A DNA stretch of 37,746 nt, taken from a virus (lineage: Duplodnaviria > Caudoviricetes). The DNA lies in the IMG/VR virus record IMGVR_UViG_3300032292_000152, positions 1 to 37,746 of that record; one strand, 5' to 3'. Shown here piece by piece: positions 17,659-24,947 of this stretch. The notes below the pieces were generated by a model. It was not told the DNA's origin, did no database searches, and saw only the letters and a program-made list of their open reading frames with translations. A program made the translations under genes and the position numbers. Each line of letters opens with the position of its first letter. Positions within the stretch are counted from its first letter, which is position 1.

Positions 17659-17913
17659 TTAGGCAGGAAGCTCAAAGCCCGCATTGACGGCAAGGACAGC
17701 CGCGAAAGCGTCGTCGTTAGTCCACGCCGCGCATTGCTCAGCCGTGGCTTGGATGAGACCAACGGCCAGAATCTCAACGCCAGCGGCATCGAGCAGATGG
17801 CAGTCGGCAAATGCGACTGGATCAGTGTAATTCACATAGCGCACTTCAAACTGAGTGCCGACTTTAGGAGCACCGGGAGAACCGATGGTGTAGGGAGCGA
17901 TTGGGATGGTCAT
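17659..17913 (-). CDS. Putative tail fibre assembly/chaperone protein
   Basis: Small acidic protein immediately downstream of the long fibre gene. Confidence 0.5.
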   Translation of the reverse strand: MTIPIAPYTIGSPGAPKVGTQFEVRYVNYTDPVAFADCHLLDAAGVEILAVGLIQATAEQCAAWTNDDAFAAVLAVNAGFELPA

Positions 17914-17923
17914 AGGTAGAAAA

Positions 17924-20368
17924 TTAGTCGTTGGTGGTTTTGGCTGCGAGATAGTAAGTCACGCCACCAATCACCATAGTGACGGTGCGATTCGGACTGG
18001 TAGGACTGACGGTGTTGACGGTGTTGCCGATAGCCACCGCGCCCGCGAAGGTGGCGGCTCCGGCTGAGTCGATGGTCAGGCGCGCCGTATTGTTCGTGCC
18101 AATCACCGCGCTAAATGCTCCAAAGGCACCAAGCACAAGCGGTCCACTTTCCGAATAAAGCTGAGTAGCGGAAGCTCGGTTTGTGCTAAATAAAGTTCCG
18201 CTGGTTAGCGAACCTTCGGTGCGAAGCGTGGCCTGCGCAACGTCAGCGACGGTGTTGAATTTGCCGTGCGCAGAGGTGCCGGAGGTCGAAGCTGTGATGA
18301 TACTATTGCTTGCACCGCTACGGGTGATGTCTCCCGCCGCCGTCACCGCACCCCCAAAATAACTCGCAGCACCCGTAGCCAGCCCACCCGAAACCACCAG
18401 CGCACCGGCTCCTGCGGAGCCTGCGGTGGTGGAGCCTACTACAAGTCCTCCGCTACCACGAATATTCATTTGCCCAGCGGAGTCCAGCGTGACGCGAGCT
18501 GCCCCTGCCGTGATGTCGTAGATGGCAAAAGACGACCGAATTAGTGGGTCTGATGCAGTTGAGCCACCGGAGAGAATATCAAAAGTCCTGCCAGATGCAC
18601 CGCTGTTTGCTAAACGAAGCCGCCCACTGCTTGCAGTGTTAGAGGTCGTCGCAATGAAAAGAGATTCGCCCGTGCCAGAGCGCGTCACATCGCCCGCGAA
18701 GGTGGCGGCTCCCGAGGTAAAGGTGACGATCCGCGCTCCACCCTGCACAATACCTTGAGTTGATGCGATACCGATGTCCTTGGCCACGTCCACGGACCCT
18801 GCGGAAAGCGTTTCTCCCGAACCAGCACCAGCTTTGATGGTGCCCCCTGCCGTCACCGCGCCCGCGAAGGTGGCGGCTCCGGTGGAGCGAGTCATCAGCA
18901 GATCAGGTCCACTACGGAGCGGTGAACCCGCGTCATCGTAGGCGCGAATCTCGTAGTCACTGCCCACATTAGAACCGCTTTCAGCCGTCGTGCTTACTCC
19001 GATGTTGTATCGCCGTCCAGCGTTCGCGCCGTTGTTTGTCGCGCCGGTTGCAAACATCAAATACCGAAATGCAGCGGTTGAACCTTGAATGGATGCGCCG
19101 CCATTGAAAGACGTGAACCCGTTCAACACACTCGCCGCCCCCGCGTAGATGCCACCTGCGAAGATGCCCGCGCCTGTGGTGCTGCCGACTGAAGCTTCTG
19201 TGCTGTCGCTGACGATGCGCTTGGCCGCGTGGATGCCGCCTGCGGTCGTGAGTGCGCCCACGCCTGCGGAGGTCGTGGCTTCGGTCGTGGTAGGAACGTT
19301 GACGACGCTTGCCGATGAAATCGACAACGCTGCGCCGCCGCCGTTCGGGAAGAAAGAGATACCGTTTCCGCTCGTCGCAACAAGGTTCAACGCACCACCA
19401 GACGGTCCCTGAATCCACGCGCCAGTGGTATCCAAAATAAGTGCGGCATTTGATACTGTCGTGCGAAGGATACCACCAAACGTCCCCGTCCCACCCGCGT
19501 TGATGTTCCCCCCGCCAATCGCCACATTCGTCGCCGCCGTGCCGTTGCCGATGGTGAGTGCGCCTGCGGTGGAAGAGCTGGCGGAGGTGGTTAGTGGAAT
19601 GTTTACTGCACTCCCAGAAACCGTCAGCTGGTCCGCACCTGCGGCGTTTACGCGAAAACCCAGTGAAGACCCGCCAAAGCTGGTAGTGAGTCGGGTTGTT
19701 GCCGATGTGTTGGAAATGGTTAGTCCGTAACTTCCAGCCCCACCCGTCATAGCGAACGTGCCAGAACTGAATGATGCGTCACCAGCTACATTGAGCACTC
19801 CCCCAAAATACCCCGCCCCCGCGACACCCACGCCACCCGCGACCTGTAGCGCACCGGTCGTCGTGCTGGACGCTGCCGTGGTGTCAGTTACCGAAATAGT
19901 GCCGCCAGTAAGTCGCGTTGCGCTGGCCCGCAAAGTGAATGCAACCACCGCCCCGTTGGCATCGTTGAGCATATCCAGCCCGACGCCGGTTCCGCCAATG
20001 GCTGTGGCAGTGCGAAAATGAGCGTTTTCGTTTGTGCCAGTGCGGACCGCAAGTTTGCCAACGCCGGTCACTCCGTTTACGTTAACGGAGTTGTTAAGAT
20101 TAACCGCTCCGGTGCCAGTCGGCGTGATGCTCATGCCCGCATTTGCGCCTTGTCCTAAAGAAATACTCGCGCCCGTGCTGCCGCCTGCGAGGGTGAGGTT
20201 GGTGGCGGCTGGAGCTACAACAGACGGCGACGTAACACTCGTCTTAAACGACGGAGCACTCGCATCAATCTTGCGGGTTCCATTTACGGTTCCGTCAAGC
20301 GCAATGAAGTCGTCGCTAGCAGTCTGCGTTGCCGTAGTTGGAAGGTCTTTGATGCGAATGTCGGCCAT
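17924..20368 (-). CDS. Long tail fibre protein (814 aa)
   Basis: N-terminal MADIRIKDLP anchor. Gly/Ala/Thr-rich, with repeated TTxASSTTTGAL.V.GG and GAATFAG modules. Confidence 0.85.
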   Translation of the reverse strand: MADIRIKDLPTTATQTASDDFIALDGTVNGTRKIDASAPSFKTSVTSPSVVAPAATNLTLAGGSTGASISLGQGANAGMSITPTGTGAVNLNNSVNVNGVTGVGKLAVRTGTNENAHFRTATAIGGTGVGLDMLNDANGAVVAFTLRASATRLTGGTISVTDTTAASSTTTGALQVAGGVGVAGAGYFGGVLNVAGDASFSSGTFAMTGGAGSYGLTISNTSATTRLTTSFGGSSLGFRVNAAGADQLTVSGSAVNIPLTTSASSSTAGALTIGNGTAATNVAIGGGNINAGGTGTFGGILRTTVSNAALILDTTGAWIQGPSGGALNLVATSGNGISFFPNGGGAALSISSASVVNVPTTTEATTSAGVGALTTAGGIHAAKRIVSDSTEASVGSTTGAGIFAGGIYAGAASVLNGFTSFNGGASIQGSTAAFRYLMFATGATNNGANAGRRYNIGVSTTAESGSNVGSDYEIRAYDDAGSPLRSGPDLLMTRSTGAATFAGAVTAGGTIKAGAGSGETLSAGSVDVAKDIGIASTQGIVQGGARIVTFTSGAATFAGDVTRSGTGESLFIATTSNTASSGRLRLANSGASGRTFDILSGGSTASDPLIRSSFAIYDITAGAARVTLDSAGQMNIRGSGGLVVGSTTAGSAGAGALVVSGGLATGAASYFGGAVTAAGDITRSGASNSIITASTSGTSAHGKFNTVADVAQATLRTEGSLTSGTLFSTNRASATQLYSESGPLVLGAFGAFSAVIGTNNTARLTIDSAGAATFAGAVAIGNTVNTVSPTSPNRTVTMVIGGVTYYLAAKTTND

Positions 20369-20369
20369 G

Positions 20370-20579
20370 TTATGTAACTGCGATTAGAGGATTGGATGCG
20401 CTGTCAATAAAACGGTCTCCCGTAGACGTAACCAGCGTATAAATGATGTCAGGTGGATTGCTGTCTTGAGGAGTCATCAAAACATCTGACCAGAACTCAC
20501 GGTCAGAGAACGCAGGACGCAGACCAGCAAAATAGCCCAGTCGCTTCGCGTTAATAGGACTCTCAAACGGACTAATCAT
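20370..20579 (-). CDS. Small virion-associated protein
   Basis: Operonic. The C-terminal LVTSTGDRFIDSASNPLI resembles fibre-adjacent proteins. Confidence 0.6.
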   Translation of the reverse strand: MISPFESPINAKRLGYFAGLRPAFSDREFWSDVLMTPQDSNPPDIIYTLVTSTGDRFIDSASNPLIAVT

Positions 20580-20905
20580 TAGAGGAAGTTAAGCTCCTGC
20601 AACTCAACCACAACATCAGTGCTGTCATCACGGATTGCCTTAGCCGCAAGCGCCATATTGCGCGTCAAATAGGCAGTAGACCCATCAGAATAGATGAATC
20701 CCTTCGTCGTCGTAGGATTGGTGCCATCAAACGTCACGCGAGCATTAGCCCCAGTGAACTGAAAGAGGATGTGCGTCGTGTTGCCGCTAACGCTAAGACC
20801 ACCAATCAGGGCACCAGCAGTTGCCCCAATAGTAACCTGAGTGTGGACCGTCCCATACTGAGGGATAGCCTGAGACGGGGTGTTTACGATTTTAGCGTTA
20901 GCCAT
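20579..20905 (-). CDS. Small beta-rich structural protein (paralogue 2)
   Basis: Start at MANAKIVN (20905). Motif ANARVTFDGTNPTTTKG. Confidence 0.7.
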   Translation of the reverse strand: MANAKIVNTPSQAIPQYGTVHTQVTIGATAGALIGGLSVSGNTTHILFQFTGANARVTFDGTNPTTTKGFIYSDGSTAYLTRNMALAAKAIRDDSTDVVVELQELNFL

Positions 20906-20906
20906 G

Positions 20907-21215
20907 TTAGTGAGTGAATTGAGAGATTGCCACAACAGGCGAAGCACCAGAGTGCTTTACCAGCTTCATGTTTTTGACGGCAATCTTATTGAACCATCCA
21001 GCATACGGAGCCTCCAGCGTGTGGCCATTTGAGGAACTTGGTGTGGTCCCATCAAACGTCACATACGCATTTCCTCCGTGTAGCGTGAAGAAGAACACGT
21101 TCGTCTTAGTATCGAAGTTATTGACAAACGACGTGGCACCCGTGCCCACCGTAATTGTTTGCATTGGAGCCTGATCGTTCGATACAGGATAGAGGTTTAC
21201 AACGTAAGAATTCAT
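20907..21215 (-). CDS. Small beta-rich structural protein (paralogue 1)
   Basis: Motif GNAYVTFDGTTPSSSNG, similar to the downstream gene. Confidence 0.7.
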   Translation of the reverse strand: MNSYVVNLYPVSNDQAPMQTITVGTGATSFVNNFDTKTNVFFFTLHGGNAYVTFDGTTPSSSNGHTLEAPYAGWFNKIAVKNMKLVKHSGASPVVAISQFTH

Positions 21216-21988
21216 CGAGTGCGATAGGATCGGCTGGCGTGTGTTGAGATTCGATGGGATAATACACCAACAGAGCGTGTAACATCCACTTTCATAAGCT
21301 GGTCTTGAAGGATGCCTTCAGCAACCTTTTCCTCAATTAGAGCCTTCTCATTCTGGGCGTCCAGACGAAGGAAGTCAGCAAAAACAGCGTGGCCCAAATA
21401 CTCATTCCATTCCTCTGGAATGTTAGTTGACGCAGACGTGTACGGCCCATTCCATTCCTTCTTATACGTCACGAAAACAGACGAAGAAGGCATCGTGTCA
21501 CCCATTACGTGAGCACCCAGTGCGTCAACGTAGTATTCCACCTCAACGGACGAGTATTGGAAGAACGGCTGGTAGCTCTTGTGGATACGGAGGTAGGTGT
21601 CAATGGTGGGTGATCCGGCCTTCTCGTATGGAACAATGTTGCTGTTAAGCGTTGCCGTGCCCGTGCCACTACCTACCCCCGTAGCCACAAATACGACGCC
21701 AACCGTGTTGGCAGATGCACCAATGCTAGTCCAATTGGTGGTACCCACTGTCAAAATAGTGTAGGTGTAGCCAACAACAAAACTACCGGCAGTGACGGTG
21801 GTCGAGAGATAGCTGCGATTCTCACCTACAACCAACCAACGCGGCCAAAAGTCAGACCCCTCATACGCCAGCTTTGCGCGACGATTGACCAACGTCGTAA
21901 TCAACACTTGCTCTTGAATCGTGAAGTCAGTTACCCCCGCAAGAGCGCATACTTGATTGTAAATGGAGCTGTAGGCGACTTCTTGCAT
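21212..21988 (-). CDS. Head-tail adaptor (tail tubular protein A-like) with inserted beta module
   Basis: Lies after the capsid gene. Helical N-terminus ending WPRW and C-terminal IPEEWNEYL..AV.ADFLR helices. Confidence 0.7.
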   Translation of the reverse strand: MQEVAYSSIYNQVCALAGVTDFTIQEQVLITTLVNRRAKLAYEGSDFWPRWLVVGENRSYLSTTVTAGSFVVGYTYTILTVGTTNWTSIGASANTVGVVFVATGVGSGTGTATLNSNIVPYEKAGSPTIDTYLRIHKSYQPFFQYSSVEVEYYVDALGAHVMGDTMPSSSVFVTYKKEWNGPYTSASTNIPEEWNEYLGHAVFADFLRLDAQNEKALIEEKVAEGILQDQLMKVDVTRSVGVLSHRISTHASRSYRTR

Positions 21989-22299
21989 TAGAGTTTGTTT
22001 GGAGCCAAATTAGGAAAACGCTTCTGGAAGTCTTTGACAAAGCCTTTGTCGTGCATGGCTTCGTGACCATACTTTTTACGCAGATTGAACCACTCCCACG
22101 CTGGAGTCACTGCCACGCAACGCATCCCCTTGATGTTTGCCTTCTGCGTGTCCTTAATCCGCTGAACCTCTTGCGAGCAAATCTGCTCACGCTCATTCTC
22201 CCAAGCCTGTTTCAAGGCAATCCCCGTCGTAATTTCGCGCATCAGCGCACGATTGACTTCACCATCTGAATAACGAGGGATTGACGTAATGATTTCCAT
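21988..22299 (-). CDS. Hypothetical post-capsid protein
   Basis: Start at MEIITS (22299), right after the capsid terminator. C-terminal VTPAWEW...DFQKRFP. Confidence 0.7.
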   Translation of the reverse strand: MEIITSIPRYSDGEVNRALMREITTGIALKQAWENEREQICSQEVQRIKDTQKANIKGMRCVAVTPAWEWFNLRKKYGHEAMHDKGFVKDFQKRFPNLAPNKL

Positions 22300-22336
22300 A
22301 AAAAAGCCCGTGCAGTATTCTACCACACGGGCTTTT
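22300..22336 (-). terminator. Intrinsic terminator after the major capsid gene
   Basis: Minus strand: AAAAGCCCGTG-13 nt loop-CACGGGCTTTTTT. Confidence 0.8.
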
Positions 22337-22351
22337 GATGGCAACTAGTTA

Positions 22352-23326
22352 TTAGGCAACAACAGTAATCTTGCCGTGAGCAAGGGGACTGAAGACCTGC
22401 AAACCAGCAGCGGCGTCAACGAAGCCACGCTGACCACCACCCTGATCGGGAACGCGGGTGGAACCGAGGCTCATCAGTTCAGCAACCCCAATGTAGGCGG
22501 GATTGATGATGTAGCCACGGGACGCATCAGGCAAACACGCAGGATTGCCGTTGATGACGGTGATGAGACCGAAATCGCTGTCATAGGTGTTCACCGAGAG
22601 CGTGATTTCCTTGTCCGTCGCCATTTGATTGACGTGATAGACGTTTTCGTTCGTGTTGTTGTCCGAACGGGCAAAACCACTCACCGTGCGGCGAAGGGTC
22701 GTACCAGCAACGAGCGAGAGCTTATCCACCGTGCCAGTCTGGGTGAAGATAGAGGCAATCAGACCGTTGAAGACGTTCTCCGTAAACGTGCCAGTCGAGT
22801 GAATGGACGCCGTAGGAGTACGGAAGTTGCTCGGAACGTCAGCACCGGGGGTGTTGGAGGTCCAGAGACCAAGGCCACGGCTGACATAGCGCGTCGAAGC
22901 GCCGTCTTCAACCGAGCGGTCTTGGTCGCCGCAAAGCACCTTCTCCATGTCGCGTTTAAGCTCACGGATGGCTTTCGATTCAGCCTCCGCAATCTTGCCG
23001 GGACCAACCGACTCCACAGCCTGCTGGAGCTGGCTCACCATGAAGTCACGGCGGAAGAGCTGGATGTAATTGCCGAGACGCGCACGACCAGCGAACTTGT
23101 CCGCGAAGGTCGTGATGTCCGCACCTTCTTGGATGCCCGTGGCAGACGGCGTAGCGAGCACGTCCACAGTCCACTCATTGAAGGTGGCCGTAGCCTTGCT
23201 TTTGTTGGCGAGCGAGAGGACCGGAGTCTCCTCGGGAGCCAGAATGGTCAGAACGTCAGTGAGGTCTTCACGATTGGAGACCCCAGAGCCGGGATTAGTA
23301 ACGTTGTAAGTATTAGAAAAAGCCAT
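22352..23326 (-). CDS. Major capsid protein (SU10/DUF5309-like)
   Basis: NREDLTDVL...PEETP, EWTVD.L, EGAD, RLGNYIQ.F, ELKRDME, Y.SDFG. Follows the scaffold gene and precedes a terminator. Confidence 0.93.
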   Translation of the reverse strand: MAFSNTYNVTNPGSGVSNREDLTDVLTILAPEETPVLSLANKSKATATFNEWTVDVLATPSATGIQEGADITTFADKFAGRARLGNYIQLFRRDFMVSQLQQAVESVGPGKIAEAESKAIRELKRDMEKVLCGDQDRSVEDGASTRYVSRGLGLWTSNTPGADVPSNFRTPTASIHSTGTFTENVFNGLIASIFTQTGTVDKLSLVAGTTLRRTVSGFARSDNNTNENVYHVNQMATDKEITLSVNTYDSDFGLITVINGNPACLPDASRGYIINPAYIGVAELMSLGSTRVPDQGGGQRGFVDAAAGLQVFSPLAHGKITVVA

Positions 23327-23331
23327 GATAG

Positions 23332-24420
23332 TTAGAGTTTAGAATGTTGAAGAGCACGAATTGCTTTGAAGTCCTTGTAACTCCCGCTTTTCCCAAAGCG
23401 GCTGGAGAGATCATTCAGGGCCTTTGACTGACGGGTCTCGGGCTGATTGGATTCTGTTGATTGGCTAACCACTAGAGACGGCGGGGAGAGACGTGGCGCA
23501 ACCTTTGCGTCAACGGAGCGACGTGCATACAGGCTATTGGCCGCGTGAGCCAACAAGTAGGGCAATTGCGGCGCAAGCTCGGGCAGGATTTTTTCAATAT
23601 CCCGAATCCGATTGTCACCAACCATCGCCTCATACTGCTTTCGCACATCATTGTCCTCTCCTTGCAGCCAAGGAAGCTCTGTCTTAGCCCGTTCAACTAG
23701 GGCATTCTTGAAGGCTTTGCGCTCTTCGCCAATTTTAATCTGCTTGTCCTGATCGGGCAAGTAGACCTCTTTTGCTTTTCGCGCCTTCCGCAGTGCTTCC
23801 TTGATTTCGCGTTTGCTGTAGTCCTTTCCGTTGACATTCGTCAAAATGTCGTCGGAACCGAGTTCTTCGCCCTTTTCGAGCAAGTCGTCGGCCCAGTCAA
23901 TAACCTCAGTGACTTCCTGATATTTCGACTTGAGGTCGTTAGGGTTGTCAATGTTGGCGTAGGGATTATCCTTCACCGTGGCTTCCAACTGGTTTGAACT
24001 ACGTTTAGCAATGTCGGCTTTAAGTGCTTCCAGTTGCTCCTCGGCTGCTTTACGCTTGGCAGTCAGTTCGCCGTAGCGGGCGACTGCCTTGCTGCCGAGT
24101 TTCTGGGAAAGCTCTTTAAGCTCTGCCTCACTCATGCTATCCAAATCAACGTCCTTAGAAAGAACTCTTTGTTCCTCTTTAGCGTCTTGTTCCGTTGGAG
24201 TAGGTGCAGGCTCTTCTTGCCGCACTTCCTGTTCTGGAGCTTGAGCACTATCGGGAACCACCTCTTGCGACTCTTGGCTAAGTTTCTCAGGCGATTTTTG
24301 CACCTTAGAAGCATCCCCTAGAGCCTTATACCGCATAGCGATTAGCTCGCTATTCGACATATTTTTCACCACAGGTTTTTGGTCGGCTCCTGCGTTAGCC
24401 GTTTGGACTTCAGTAGACAT
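23332..24420 (-). CDS. Capsid scaffolding protein
   Basis: Acidic low-complexity N-terminus, RYGELTAKRKAAEE coiled coil, immediately upstream of the capsid gene. Confidence 0.8.
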   Translation of the reverse strand: MSTEVQTANAGADQKPVVKNMSNSELIAMRYKALGDASKVQKSPEKLSQESQEVVPDSAQAPEQEVRQEEPAPTPTEQDAKEEQRVLSKDVDLDSMSEAELKELSQKLGSKAVARYGELTAKRKAAEEQLEALKADIAKRSSNQLEATVKDNPYANIDNPNDLKSKYQEVTEVIDWADDLLEKGEELGSDDILTNVNGKDYSKREIKEALRKARKAKEVYLPDQDKQIKIGEERKAFKNALVERAKTELPWLQGEDNDVRKQYEAMVGDNRIRDIEKILPELAPQLPYLLAHAANSLYARRSVDAKVAPRLSPPSLVVSQSTESNQPETRQSKALNDLSSRFGKSGSYKDFKAIRALQHSKL

Positions 24421-24458
24421 AGGTTGCCGTCTTTACGCCACGGGCATTGCGAAATCGA

Positions 24459-24467
24459 AGTATAACA
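24459..24467 (-). promoter_or_regulatory. Putative extended -10 promoter (TGtTATACT) for scaffold-capsid
   Basis: Minus-strand TGTTATACT, 38 nt upstream of the scaffold ATG. Confidence 0.45.
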
Positions 24468-24725
24468 TCATCCCGGCAAACCGTTGGACATACGCACGGC
24501 TCGCTTCATCAAGAGGCTGTTGTAGTTGCACAGATTGAGAATCTCGTCGTACACCTGAATCTTGCCGCTAATCTCGCGGAGACGACCATCAGGTGCCCGC
24601 TGCATTTGGCCAATGGCGCTCTCACGTCCAGCGGAAATCCAGTCGAGGAAGTCGAGGAACTGCTCGCGGTCTGACAGAAAAGCCATCTGCTGCTCCAGTG
24701 GATGCTTCTTGTTGAAAATGTTCAT
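24468..24725 (-). CDS. Small protein between portal and scaffold
   Basis: Helical 85-aa protein (FLDFLDWI...SGKIQVYDEIL) at a position common in podoviruses. Confidence 0.75.
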   Translation of the reverse strand: MNIFNKKHPLEQQMAFLSDREQFLDFLDWISAGRESAIGQMQRAPDGRLREISGKIQVYDEILNLCNYNSLLMKRAVRMSNGLPG

Positions 24726-24947
24726 AAACTATTGCAAATAGATGTTATCTGGTCGTGTCAATCGAATAAGCTTGACAGGAAGCCAAAAATCCCCCTCAAA
24801 CTCCCCCTGCAACCCCAGTGTGAGATTGAAACATGAAACGTAACTAGCCCGCCTTAATTAAGGGTTATCTTAATTAAGGCTGCGACTGAACGGATCGAAT
24901 AAGATTATTCACGAAGTGACAACCACTAGAAACTAAGGGAGCTAGGA

